Notes: generated by a model from the sequence alone, not told the origin. 64,000 bases of DNA from Candidatus Omnitrophota bacterium (GCA_016201795.1 JACQCF010000018.1:2820-66819); one strand, 5' to 3'; positions 40,161-50,076 are shown, counted from the stretch's first letter. Numbers and translations: made by a program.

Positions 40161-43100
40161 ATGTCATCATTGTTTCAATTCCCCGAAATCTGTATCACCG
40201 AAGCCTCTGCCGGCAGCGGCAAAACGTATGCGCTGGCTAAACGCTACGTGCAGTTATTGTTGCACACGGCACACGACAATCCCCAGGCGTATAAAAATAT
40301 TCTTGCCATCACCTTCACCAACAAAGCTTCGCTGGAAATGAAGACGAGGATTCTGTTTTTTTTAAAGAAAACAGCACTCCGCAAGCTTTCGCCGCAGGAA
40401 GAAAAAGAGCTTTTGGGGCCACTGGGACTTGTCCCTGAAAAGGCCGCGACGCTGGCCTATGCACTGATGGAGTCGCTGATCCGCCACTACCATTTTTTCT
40501 CCGTCAAGACCATCGATAGTTTCATCAACACCCTTTTAGTCGGCTGCGCTTTTAAAATCAATCTTTCGGCGCGGTTTAAAATTCAACGCAATGCGGCGGA
40601 CTATCTCGAGCAAAGCCTGGATCAATGGATGGTCTTGGGCCATCACGATAAAAAAGTCTATCGGCTTCTGGATGATTTTGTGCATCAGTATTTATTTTTG
40701 GAAAATCGCAGCGGCTGGTTTCCCAAACAAGATTTGTTGGAAGTTCTCAAAGTTCTTTTTAGCGAGTTTAACACCTATCAAAAACCTTTTTTGACATTCC
40801 CCCTGGAAAGCGGCGATTTGTATTTGGCCAAAAAAAGATTTCTAGAGCTTGCCCAAAAAATCCATGCCCTGGCCCAACCCTCGATGAATAAACGTTTTTT
40901 GGAGAAACTGTCACAATTTTTAGACGATCATCCGGTATCTTTTGATTTGGATGATTTAAGCACTTATTTTTCTTACCCTGAGTTTCCGGCCAATAAAGGG
41001 GTCGAGGTCAGTCGGGATCTAGAACTTGTATGGAAAAAAGCACACGCGGCGGCGCGCGATTTATGTTTGGCGGAAAGCTACGGCGTGTTTAATCCTTATG
41101 TGATGATTTTTCAAAACGTGCATCAGGTTTTTGCTGCTTTGTGCGCCCAGGAAGATATTTTGTTTTTGGAAGAGCTCAATAAAAAAGCCGCCATGCTCAT
41201 CGAGGAGGGCATTAGCGTCAGCGAGCTTTATTATCGTCTGGCCGTGCGTTTTCATCATTATTTGATCGATGAGTTTCAAGACACCAGCCTTTCGCAGTGG
41301 CAGAATCTATCCTTAATGGTGCACGAGGCTCTTTCCAGCGGCGGGACACTATTTTTAGTCGGGGACAAGAAACAGGCCATTTATTCGTTTCGCGGCGGGG
41401 AAAGCCGTTTATTCGATGAGTTAACCACGCATTTTCCCAACGCGCCTGTGCGCCGAGATTATTTAACGAAAAATTGGCGCAGCCACCGGGCGATTGTTGA
41501 ATTTAATAACTTGCTTTTTGCGCCGCAAAATTTGAGAGCGTTTTTAGCCAGGCGCGAAGATCATTATTTTGGAGAAGATGTCAAAGTCCTCGAGGACACC
41601 TTCCAACACGCGCATCAGGACATTCGAGAAGATTTGCCGCATGGCTTTGTGCAGGTTTGGCCTATCAAAGGCAAAAGAAAGCAGGACCGTGAGGCGATCA
41701 TCAAAGGCCGTTTACTTGAAACTATTGCCGATGTACGCTGTCGTTTTGCGCTTAAGGATATGGCTATTTTAACCCGCAGCAATGCACAGGTCCAACAGGT
41801 GACTCAATGGCTTTTAAGCGAAGGTATTTACGCACAGTCGGAGCGTACCAGCGACATCAAAAATCATCCTTTGATCGCCGAGCTCATGGATTTCTTGCGT
41901 TTTCTCCATTCGCCGATTGATAATGTCGCCTTTGCCCGATTTTTATTGGGAGACATTTTGTCTAAAGCGTCTAACCTGACTCAAGAAGAGTTGCGAGGCT
42001 TTTTGTTCGAATGCCGGCAAAAAAAAGACACCCGGGGGGAGTTTTACCTGTACAAAGAATTTCGTCAGCGGTACGGTGACATTTGGCAGGAGTATGTGGA
42101 GGACTTTTTTAATCAGGCCGGCATTTATCCGGTCTATGAGCTGGTCGTGAGCATTTATGGCCGTTTTGGTCTGCAGGCATTTCAAGACGCGCAAGGGTTT
42201 TTGATGCATTTTTTGGAACTGATCAAACGCCGCGAGGAGTTTAGCTGTGACGTGGAAAGTTTCATTGACTATTTTGATCATTTACAGACCGACGAGCGTT
42301 TCGTGCCCATCCCCGCGCAGGATGCCGTGCAGGTTTTGACGGTGCATAAAGCCAAGGGGCTGGAATTTGCGGTCGTCATGATTCCTTTTTTGGAAATGAC
42401 GGTGCAGACATCCAAGGGTGCTCAAGGGGCGTTGTCCTATGTGCTGGATGTGGCTGATGATGGTTTGCGCATGCAGCGTCTTAAAAAGACCTATGGCCGC
42501 TTTAGCGAATCTTTACAAAAACGGTATGAAGAGGAATATAAAGATTCTTTTGCGGCGGAACTTAATAATGTGTACGTGGCTTTGACCCGAGCCGTCTGGG
42601 AACTTTATGTGATGATTCCCGAACGAACGGGAAACAGCATCAATCCCGCACAATTTTTAATTCCCGATGGTGTAGTGTCCATGGGAGAGAAAGTATCTGT
42701 CCAAACGCTCTCACGCTCCGTTGAATCTTTGCCGCTTTTAAAGACCAGCTTCAACCGCCAGTGGGTGTCTCAATTAAAAGAAGAATTCCCCGAAGAAGAC
42801 AATTGGCAGGCCAAAGGGCGTCAGCAGGGGGCGCTGATGCATTTTTGTCTGTCACAAATTCTGCGTACGGATAAAAATGTCCATCTTGCTGTTGATAGGG
42901 CCATCGAGGCGGCCAAAGCGGTTTTCGGTTTGATGATGGATGAGGATATGTATCGAGGAGGACTGCTGCGTTTTCTATCTCGCAAGGATGTGGGCAAGTT
43001 TTTTGAGATCAAAGACGATACGGAGGTTTTTTGTGAGCAGGAGATTGTCAATCGATTCGGCGATACCAAACGTATTGACCGGCTGATGATTTTTAAAAAC

Positions 43101-43244
43101 AAGATTTGGATTATTGATTTTAAAACCGGCCGTGCCGAAGGAGAGAAATATCACAAACAAATGAAAGAGTATGAGCAATTAGTGGGACAGCTCTATCCTA
43201 AATACCGCCTTGAGAGTTTTATTGTTTATTTGGACTATGAGTAA
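40161..43244 (+). CDS. UvrD-family helicase with C-terminal PD-(D/E)xK nuclease (AddA/RexA-like)
   Basis: Walker A GSGKT. Motif Ia ITFTNKASLEM. Motif II DEFQD. Motif III GDKKQAIYSFRGGE. Motif IV NWRSH. Motif VI VHKAKGLEF. C-terminal IDFKTG nuclease motif. Confidence 0.85.
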   Translation: MSSLFQFPEICITEASAGSGKTYALAKRYVQLLLHTAHDNPQAYKNILAITFTNKASLEMKTRILFFLKKTALRKLSPQEEKELLGPLGLVPEKAATLAYALMESLIRHYHFFSVKTIDSFINTLLVGCAFKINLSARFKIQRNAADYLEQSLDQWMVLGHHDKKVYRLLDDFVHQYLFLENRSGWFPKQDLLEVLKVLFSEFNTYQKPFLTFPLESGDLYLAKKRFLELAQKIHALAQPSMNKRFLEKLSQFLDDHPVSFDLDDLSTYFSYPEFPANKGVEVSRDLELVWKKAHAAARDLCLAESYGVFNPYVMIFQNVHQVFAALCAQEDILFLEELNKKAAMLIEEGISVSELYYRLAVRFHHYLIDEFQDTSLSQWQNLSLMVHEALSSGGTLFLVGDKKQAIYSFRGGESRLFDELTTHFPNAPVRRDYLTKNWRSHRAIVEFNNLLFAPQNLRAFLARREDHYFGEDVKVLEDTFQHAHQDIREDLPHGFVQVWPIKGKRKQDREAIIKGRLLETIADVRCRFALKDMAILTRSNAQVQQVTQWLLSEGIYAQSERTSDIKNHPLIAELMDFLRFLHSPIDNVAFARFLLGDILSKASNLTQEELRGFLFECRQKKDTRGEFYLYKEFRQRYGDIWQEYVEDFFNQAGIYPVYELVVSIYGRFGLQAFQDAQGFLMHFLELIKRREEFSCDVESFIDYFDHLQTDERFVPIPAQDAVQVLTVHKAKGLEFAVVMIPFLEMTVQTSKGAQGALSYVLDVADDGLRMQRLKKTYGRFSESLQKRYEEEYKDSFAAELNNVYVALTRAVWELYVMIPERTGNSINPAQFLIPDGVVSMGEKVSVQTLSRSVESLPLLKTSFNRQWVSQLKEEFPEEDNWQAKGRQQGALMHFCLSQILRTDKNVHLAVDRAIEAAKAVFGLMMDEDMYRGGLLRFLSRKDVGKFFEIKDDTEVFCEQEIVNRFGDTKRIDRLMIFKNKIWIIDFKTGRAEGEKYHKQMKEYEQLVGQLYPKYRLESFIVYLDYE

Positions 43245-46035
43245 AATTATTACTATTCCCTTTACCGATGATTTTATCGAACGCCTGGCGGATTATATCC
43301 ACCAGGAGCATGCGCTCAAAGGCAAAGATTTGCGTTCTCTGGCCGTCATCTTTGGCGGGCGCAGGCCTTTTTTGTTTCTTAAACGCGCCCTGGCCCATCG
43401 GATGAAAGGTCCGTTTTATCCGCCGCAGTTTTTTTCCATCGATGAATGGATCAACCATATTGTTCAAACGCAAAGGAAGTTTCAGCCGTTATCAGAACTC
43501 GACCATTGCTATTTGATTTATCAATTAGCCAGCCAACACACTCCCTATTTGCTGGAGGGTCGCAAGCGTTTTGCGTCTTTTTTACCTTGGGCCCGTGAAA
43601 TTCTGGCTCTTATTGAGCACTTGGATTTAGAGTCAACCCACGAGGATGTTTTAAAGAATCTCAAAGCCCAGGCGCAAATAGGTTTGGATGTTCCTGCGGA
43701 TATCAGCCGTTTGCTGGAGGGGCTGTTTGTTTTGCGCCGGGCGTATCATCAAAAACTAGAGAAGGAAGGTATCGCCGCGCGCGGCTATCAATATGATCTG
43801 GCTTCTCGTGTGATCCCGTCGGTGGATTTAAGCGGCTGGCAGGAAATATTGTTTTGTAATTTCTTTTATCTGCACCGCAGTGAAATGAAGCTCATCGAAC
43901 ATTGTTTTAAACATACCCCTACCACACTCTTGATGCAAGGGGACGAGCGTCGATGGCCGGCGCTTAAACGCATTTCGGCTTTGTTAGGTCAAAAGATTGT
44001 GGAGGGCAAAGAAGTCATGGAAGGCCGCTTTAATCTAAAGCTTTACGCAGCTTTTGATACTCATTCGCAGGCGGTCATGGTTGCTAATGTTCTTAAAAAT
44101 ATTCCTGATCTTAATAAAACGGTCATTGTGTTGCCGCAGGCAGATTTTATCCTGCCGCTTTTATCCGCCATATCATCGCAGGGACAAGAGTTTAATATTT
44201 CCATGGGCTATCCTTTGCGCCGAAGTGCTTTGTATGCCTTGCTCGAGAGGATTTTTGCTGCGCAAAAATCCCGTCAGGAGCATTTATACTACACTCGTGA
44301 TTATCTGCGTGTTTTGCGTCATCCGCTGGTTAAGAATTTGACGACTCCTCAGCCACCACTGGTGAGAGTCTTAATTCATAAAATGGAAGAGATTTTAACC
44401 GGCCAGATTCCGTCGCTATTCTCCGGCCAGATTTTTTTGGATATCGATGCTTTTTCCAAAGAGGATAGGATTCTTAAGGAAGCTCGCGCATCCCTTACGG
44501 CCATGAATATTTCTACAACACCAAAGGAGCTTAAAAAGACAGTAGAATTTTTGCATGATATTTTGTTTGGCCGATGGCAAAAGGCCAAAACTTTTAAAGA
44601 TCTAGCCGCTGTTTTAGGGGATTTTACGGCTTTGATGCGGGCTCAAAGCCCCCTGGCGCAATATCCTTTTAATGAACGTATCGCCGTTTTTCTGGAGGCG
44701 TTAAGTCAACAGTTAAGTGCCAGTCAGTTTTCCGGGCAAAGTTTTTTGCCGTCGGAAATGTTTCGTATCTTAGAAGACACTTTAAGCCGCCAAATGGTGG
44801 CTTTTGCGGGCTCGCCTTTGAGGGGTTTACAAATTTTAGGTCTTTTTGAAACGCGCGCTTTAAGTTTTGAACATGTGATTGTGGTGGACGTTAACGAAAG
44901 CATTTTGCCCAATTTAAATATTTATGAGCCTCTGGTCCCTCGGGATATCATGATCAAATTGAATCTGGATCGTCTGGAATTGGAGGAAGAGATCCAGCGC
45001 TACGGGTTTATGCGGTTGATTTCCTCGGCGAAAAACGTGCATTTGATTTATCAGCAAAGGCCGGAGAGGGAGCGCAGCCGTTTGATTGAGGAACTCATCT
45101 GGCAACAAGAAAAAAAGAATCAGAAACTGGAGGCTTTACCCATTGAGCGCGGCCGTTTTCAAGCCCGGTTGTCTCAAACCCAAAGAGTTATTCTAAAGAC
45201 GCCGGCGATGATTGAATTTTTAAAGAACATGACCTATTCAGCCTCCAGCCTTAATACTTATTTGCGCAACCCTTATGAATTTTATGAAAATTATGTGCTG
45301 GGCCTTAAAGAGCAAGACAATCTTTTGGACGAACCGCAGGCCAAACATATGGGAACCTTCGTGCACAGCCTTTTAGAGCATACCTTCAAAACATTTCTTA
45401 ACAAAAAGCCTGTGATCAACGATGAATTTAAACGGTATTTTTTTAAGGTTTTGGAGAGCCGTTTTGAAGAAACCTTTGGCCGTCATCAAAGAACGGACGC
45501 ATTTCTCATGAAGACTGTTTTAGAGACCAGATTCGAGCGTTTTCTTGAGGTTGAGGCCAAACGCTGTGCTCGAGATGTCGAGACTATTTTAGTCCTTGAG
45601 CGTAAATTTGAGGACACCATTGAACTCAACGCAAAACATATTAAGCTGACCTATCGCATGGACAGGGTGGAGCGTCTGTGTGACGGGGGCATCTTGGTGT
45701 TGGATTATAAAACCGGGGGCAGCGAACTTATCCCTAAAGATTTTGATGAGCTCATCGAGGGTACATTAACCAGGGAAGTGATACGGGATCAATTAATATC
45801 GTTTCAAATGCCCCTATACCTTTATTATTTACGTCAATCTTATCCCAAGACCGCGGTCAATGCTGCGTTGTATCATTTAAGGACTAATACAATCGAGAAG
45901 TTTGTTAAAGACGGACACAGAGAGGACTATCAAAAGGGCATCACGGTTGGCTTAAGAGCATTAAATTTTATCATCAATGAAATTCTTGATTCTAAAGTGC
46001 CTTTGGTGGATGATCCTGCTCACCGTGAATTGTAA
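43237..46035 (+). CDS. AddB/RexB-like helicase-nuclease subunit (degenerate helicase plus a PD-(D/E)xK nuclease)
   Basis: About 933 aa, overlapping the upstream stop by 8 nt. C-terminal LVLDYKTGG nuclease motif. It lacks the Cys cluster of Fe-S AddB. Confidence 0.65.
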   Translation: MSKIITIPFTDDFIERLADYIHQEHALKGKDLRSLAVIFGGRRPFLFLKRALAHRMKGPFYPPQFFSIDEWINHIVQTQRKFQPLSELDHCYLIYQLASQHTPYLLEGRKRFASFLPWAREILALIEHLDLESTHEDVLKNLKAQAQIGLDVPADISRLLEGLFVLRRAYHQKLEKEGIAARGYQYDLASRVIPSVDLSGWQEILFCNFFYLHRSEMKLIEHCFKHTPTTLLMQGDERRWPALKRISALLGQKIVEGKEVMEGRFNLKLYAAFDTHSQAVMVANVLKNIPDLNKTVIVLPQADFILPLLSAISSQGQEFNISMGYPLRRSALYALLERIFAAQKSRQEHLYYTRDYLRVLRHPLVKNLTTPQPPLVRVLIHKMEEILTGQIPSLFSGQIFLDIDAFSKEDRILKEARASLTAMNISTTPKELKKTVEFLHDILFGRWQKAKTFKDLAAVLGDFTALMRAQSPLAQYPFNERIAVFLEALSQQLSASQFSGQSFLPSEMFRILEDTLSRQMVAFAGSPLRGLQILGLFETRALSFEHVIVVDVNESILPNLNIYEPLVPRDIMIKLNLDRLELEEEIQRYGFMRLISSAKNVHLIYQQRPERERSRLIEELIWQQEKKNQKLEALPIERGRFQARLSQTQRVILKTPAMIEFLKNMTYSASSLNTYLRNPYEFYENYVLGLKEQDNLLDEPQAKHMGTFVHSLLEHTFKTFLNKKPVINDEFKRYFFKVLESRFEETFGRHQRTDAFLMKTVLETRFERFLEVEAKRCARDVETILVLERKFEDTIELNAKHIKLTYRMDRVERLCDGGILVLDYKTGGSELIPKDFDELIEGTLTREVIRDQLISFQMPLYLYYLRQSYPKTAVNAALYHLRTNTIEKFVKDGHREDYQKGITVGLRALNFIINEILDSKVPLVDDPAHREL

Positions 46036-46077
46036 AAATCCAGTTGCAGGGCAGGTTTCTTGGAGTAAAATACACCC

Positions 46078-46440
46078 ATGTCTAAATGTGTATTAATTGT
46101 GGATGACGAACCGATTGTGGTGGAAATCGCCAAACGTAAGCTGGAGGATCTCCACTACCAGGTCATGACGGCTCAAGATGGAGAAGAGGCGCTGGAAGCG
46201 CTTAAGAAAAAAATTCCCGATTTAATTCTACTGGATATTCAAATGCCCAAGATGAACGGTTATACGTTTCTTATGGAAAAAGCGAAAGTGCCCGAATATG
46301 ACTCTATACCGGTGGTGGTTTTAACCGCCTACGGGGAAATGGAGCCGCTTTTTAAACGCCACGGAGTTAAAGCCTACCTGTTAAAACCCCTCAAACTCCA
46401 GGAATTGTTAGAAAAAGTGCAGTCTGTTCTTGGGGTATAA
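46078..46440 (+). CDS. Single-domain response regulator (CheY-like receiver)
   Basis: LIVDDEP … DLILLDIQMPKMNG … T/K residues; 120 aa with no output domain. Confidence 0.85.
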   Translation: MSKCVLIVDDEPIVVEIAKRKLEDLHYQVMTAQDGEEALEALKKKIPDLILLDIQMPKMNGYTFLMEKAKVPEYDSIPVVVLTAYGEMEPLFKRHGVKAYLLKPLKLQELLEKVQSVLGV

Positions 46441-46483
46441 AATTTTTGACGCTCCCGACCTTTTATGTTACTTTAGTGGCCTT

Positions 46484-47185
46484 ATGGTCAAAGATAATGT
46501 GTTAAAGGTTCGAAGTCAAATTGAGGAGATTTGCCATCGTCTGGGACGTAAGTCGAAGGAAGTGACTTTGGTGGCGGTGACTAAATTTGCGCCACCAGAG
46601 GCCATTCAAGAAGCCATTGATGCGGGTATTTCTCATATCGCCGAAAATAGAGTGCAGGAAGCCCAAAAGAAATTTCCGCCGCTGTTGGCTAAAAATCCGC
46701 AAGTGCGTTCGCATCTCATAGGCCATTTGCAGACTAATAAGGTCAAGGACACGATCGAAGTCTGTTCGTTCATTCAGTCGGTGGACGGTTTAAAATTAGC
46801 CCATGAGATTGAAAAACAGGCGGCCAAACTAGGTAAGACGGTGGAGATTTTAGTGCAGTTTAATGCTGCCCGTGAAGCGCAGAAATTCGGCGCAGCGCCG
46901 CAAGAAGCGTTAGGTTTAATGGAGAGCATCAGCCAGTTAGCCCATATTCAGATTAAAGGATTGATGTGTATGGCCCCTTATACCGACAACGAAGGAGTGA
47001 TCCGTAAAGCTTTTGCGGATTTGCGTGCTATCCGTGATCAGGTAAGGTCTCGTTTTATGGGGCACACCAAAGTTGAGATGGGGATTTTATCCATGGGCAT
47101 GAGCGGTGATTATAAAATTGCCATCGAGGAAGGCTCCACGATGGTGCGGGTGGGCTCAGCAATTTTTAAATCAGGAGAAATATGA
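46484..47185 (+). CDS. yggS: YggS-family PLP homeostasis protein
   Basis: VAVTKF (PLP-Lys) and alanine-racemase-N-like fold motifs. It is followed by proC, a conserved pairing. Confidence 0.85.
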   Translation: MVKDNVLKVRSQIEEICHRLGRKSKEVTLVAVTKFAPPEAIQEAIDAGISHIAENRVQEAQKKFPPLLAKNPQVRSHLIGHLQTNKVKDTIEVCSFIQSVDGLKLAHEIEKQAAKLGKTVEILVQFNAAREAQKFGAAPQEALGLMESISQLAHIQIKGLMCMAPYTDNEGVIRKAFADLRAIRDQVRSRFMGHTKVEMGILSMGMSGDYKIAIEEGSTMVRVGSAIFKSGEI

Positions 47186-47988
47186 AAAATATCGGAATTA
47201 TCGGCGGCGGCAACATGGGGGAAGCTCTCATCAAGGGCCTACATAAGTCTCATAATGTGCATGTATGTGAAGTTAATCCTGAGCGTGTCAATTTTCTTAA
47301 AAATAGATATAAGGCTTTTTATGAACAGGATATAAGTTCTCTTGTTGCTAAAGTAAATATAATAATTTTGGCTGTAAAACCACAGGAAATGGAATCAGTT
47401 TTAGGTCAACTAAAATCTTCAAAGGATAAACTTTTTATCTCAATAGCTGCTGGCTTAACGACCAAATATTTTGAAGATCGATTGGGTGAACAGGCAAGGG
47501 TGATACGCGCTATGCCGAATTTACCAGCTTTGAATCTTGAAGGAATTACAGGATTTTGTGCAGGACGTTTTGTGAATGAGGGGGATAAAGGTAATACAAC
47601 ATTGATTTTAGAAGCATTAGGTAAGGGTTTTGGTTCGGTGATTCCATTTGAAGAGTCTCAAATGGATGCAGTTACTGCTGTCTCTGGCAGTGGTCCTGCC
47701 TACGTGTTTTTCTTCGTCGAAGAATGGATAAAAGCTGCCATGACTTTAGGATTAAGTGAAAAGGATGCAAGAGTTTTAGTATGTGAGACTCTCATAGGAA
47801 GCGCTGGGTTATTAAAACAATTAAGATCTTCTGAATTTGAAGAGTTGACAACTTTACGTGCGAAGGTGATTTCCAAAGGCGGCACCACCCAGGCGGCGAT
47901 GGAGGTGTTTTTGGGCCGCAAATTTGACCAAATGATGAAGGACGCGCTATTAGCAGCCAAGAAGCGCGCCAAGGAATTAGCTAAATAA
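47182..47988 (+). CDS. proC: Pyrroline-5-carboxylate reductase
   Basis: N-terminal IGIIGGGNMG Rossmann motif and a P5CR C-terminal domain. The internal part of the gene is markedly AT-rich. Confidence 0.85.
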   Translation: MKNIGIIGGGNMGEALIKGLHKSHNVHVCEVNPERVNFLKNRYKAFYEQDISSLVAKVNIIILAVKPQEMESVLGQLKSSKDKLFISIAAGLTTKYFEDRLGEQARVIRAMPNLPALNLEGITGFCAGRFVNEGDKGNTTLILEALGKGFGSVIPFEESQMDAVTAVSGSGPAYVFFFVEEWIKAAMTLGLSEKDARVLVCETLIGSAGLLKQLRSSEFEELTTLRAKVISKGGTTQAAMEVFLGRKFDQMMKDALLAAKKRAKELAK

Positions 47989-48016
47989 GAAAAGATCTAC
48001 GTTTGAAAGGAATCGG

Positions 48017-48062
48017 GCGCTGTCCCTAATTATTAGGTTTTAAAGGTTTTAAGGAAATTAAG
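48017..48062. repeat. Upstream direct-repeat motif, copy 1 (TGTCC … AAAGGTTTTAAGGAAATTAA)
   Basis: It shares an exact 12-mer aaaggttttaag and flanking similarity with a second copy 630 bp downstream. Confidence 0.4.
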
Positions 48063-48122
48063 ATAGCGAATTTGGCCTGGGTAATTCCTGGCATGGAAAT
48101 TGGCAAAATAAGGAGTGATTAT

Positions 48123-48323
48123 ATGAGTACCACCATAGATGGCAAAGAGGTTAAAGAAAGATTATTGGAAAAGTTGAACAGTGTTATTGAAGAAAATAAT
48201 TCATTAACATCTAAACAAAATGCTTTGCTAGTTACTTATACTAGGTGGCTTTTTTGGTTAACAATTGTTATGACTTTGACGGCTATATTTCAGCTTGTTT
48301 TGGCAATAAAGGGACATGCTTAA
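48123..48323 (+). CDS. Small tail-anchored membrane protein, orphan
   Basis: 66 aa. Strong RBS (aaggag, 7 nt). The C-terminal TM helix is WLFWLTIVMTLTAIFQLVLAI. The ORF lies in an AT-rich segment. Confidence 0.4.
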   Translation: MSTTIDGKEVKERLLEKLNSVIEENNSLTSKQNALLVTYTRWLFWLTIVMTLTAIFQLVLAIKGHA

Positions 48324-48356
48324 TTTGGAAATAAATATCGCATCCCCCATAAATAA

Positions 48357-48647
48357 ATGATAAAAACTATTGCATATATGTTAGCAATAATTCTATTAGG
48401 TATTTCCTTATGGATGGCCCCAATTCATTTAAAAACCCTACCTCGTTATTTACGACTCAAACCTACTAATTTTTATGTTTTACGAGGGCTTTCTTTTTCA
48501 GTGTTAACGATTCTGTCCATCTTTATAAGTATCCGTACTGTGATTGAACCGAATTTGCTATGGCTTTCTATTACTTTGACTTCCATTCTTATCACTATAT
48601 GGAGCTGGGTTTATATGATTCGAGATGTTTCTGAGGATTTTAATTAA
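48357..48647 (+). CDS. Small 3-TM membrane protein, orphan
   Basis: 96 aa with three hydrophobic helices and a weak RBS. AT-rich. Confidence 0.3.
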   Translation: MIKTIAYMLAIILLGISLWMAPIHLKTLPRYLRLKPTNFYVLRGLSFSVLTILSIFISIRTVIEPNLLWLSITLTSILITIWSWVYMIRDVSEDFN

Positions 48648-48650
48648 GTG

Positions 48651-48692
48651 GGCAGTGTCCTCAGATATAAAAGGTTTTAAGAAAATAAATTT
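48651..48692. repeat. Upstream direct-repeat motif, copy 2
   Basis: gcagTGTCCtcagatatAAAAGGTTTTAAGAAAATAAA lies immediately upstream of the third small ORF. Confidence 0.4.
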
Positions 48693-49148
48693 ATGATTAC
48701 TAAAATAGAAAATTATTATTTGAATCAAACCATTGGAGAGGTTCCGGACTTGAAAGAATACACCGAAGAAGAATATCAGATGTTTGAAATGGCTGGATAC
48801 AAAAGAATGTTAGAGAATGAAAAAATCTTTAAAGGCAAAAATGTTAAATTTGCTAAGATTACATGGGACGAAACAACTATTGGTTCTACAAATAACAAAA
48901 TTTACAAAATTCATTTACAATTCATTACTCAAAATGAAAACTTAGCAAAAAGCGTTTTTAAAACCACTCTCAATTACTTAGTAGAACAAATGGGCAAATA
49001 TAGCGAACATCCATTTTTATCTAAAAGATATATTTGGGATGCACCTGAAGGGAATTTTATTTATGAGCAGTTAAGTAAATTTGGAAATCGCTGCATAAAT
49101 ATTTTTATCACTTCAAGTTCTATAAATGAACAAAGACGAGTGGAATAA
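48693..49148 (+). CDS. Hypothetical soluble protein, orphan
   Basis: 151 aa, AT-rich codon usage, no recognisable motif. Confidence 0.4.
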   Translation: MITKIENYYLNQTIGEVPDLKEYTEEEYQMFEMAGYKRMLENEKIFKGKNVKFAKITWDETTIGSTNNKIYKIHLQFITQNENLAKSVFKTTLNYLVEQMGKYSEHPFLSKRYIWDAPEGNFIYEQLSKFGNRCINIFITSSSINEQRRVE

Positions 49149-49197
49149 TTGTTAGATTTTTAAAGGATATTTGGATTCCCGATAGAAATATTTGGGA

Positions 49198-50076
49198 ATG
49201 ACAGAAAGAAAAACTATGGCAACGGTTGGTATTATTGGCGGCAGCGGGTTGTATGAGATTGAGGGGATAGGGAACGTCAAGGAAGTTGCGGTTAAGACCC
49301 CTTTCGGCGCGCCGTCGGATAAGTTCATCACCGGCAAGCTTGAAAATACGCCCGTTGTATTCTTGCCGCGTCATGGCCGCGGCCATCGTATCAGCCCGTC
49401 GGAAATCAATTACCGCGCCAATATTTATGGCATGAAGAAATTAGGGGTACAGGCGATTATTTCCGTTTCCGCCTGCGGTTCTCTTAAAGAAGAATATCAA
49501 CCGATGGATTTTGTGATCCCAGATCAGTTTTTGGACCGCACGCGCAAAGGCCGCATCGACACCTTTTTTACCGACGGGATTGTGGCGCACGTGGCATTTG
49601 CCGATCCTATAGCCAAGGAAATCGCGGACATCATTGAACAAGCGGCCAAGAAATTAAATATCAAAGCCCACCGCGGCGGCACCTATGTCAATATGGAAGG
49701 CCCGCAGTTCTCGACGAAGGCGGAGTCCAATTTATATCGCAGCTGGGGCATGGACATTATTGGCATGACGAATTTGACTGAAGCAAAGCTAGCCCGTGAG
49801 GCAGAGATTTCTTATGCGACCCTGGCAGCGGTCACCGACTACGATTGCTGGCATTCGACTCATGGTTCCGTGACAGCGGAAATGGTCATCAATTGTTTAA
49901 ATAAAAATGTCGACAATGCCAAAAAGATTTTGAAAACAGCTATTCCTCAAGTGGGGAAATTAAAGAAATTTTCAGCCTCGCAAGCTTTAAAATTTGCTAT
50001 CATGACCAGCCGTGACAAAATTTCCGCGAAAAAGAAGAAGGAATTGGATATTATTATTGGCAAGTATATTAAATAG
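49198..50076 (+). CDS. 5'-methylthioadenosine / purine nucleoside phosphorylase (MTAP family)
   Basis: VGIIGGSGLY N-terminus and MTAP/PNP-II conservation. Alternative starts are at 49192 (TTG) and 49216. Confidence 0.85.
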   Translation: MTERKTMATVGIIGGSGLYEIEGIGNVKEVAVKTPFGAPSDKFITGKLENTPVVFLPRHGRGHRISPSEINYRANIYGMKKLGVQAIISVSACGSLKEEYQPMDFVIPDQFLDRTRKGRIDTFFTDGIVAHVAFADPIAKEIADIIEQAAKKLNIKAHRGGTYVNMEGPQFSTKAESNLYRSWGMDIIGMTNLTEAKLAREAEISYATLAAVTDYDCWHSTHGSVTAEMVINCLNKNVDNAKKILKTAIPQVGKLKKFSASQALKFAIMTSRDKISAKKKKELDIIIGKYIK

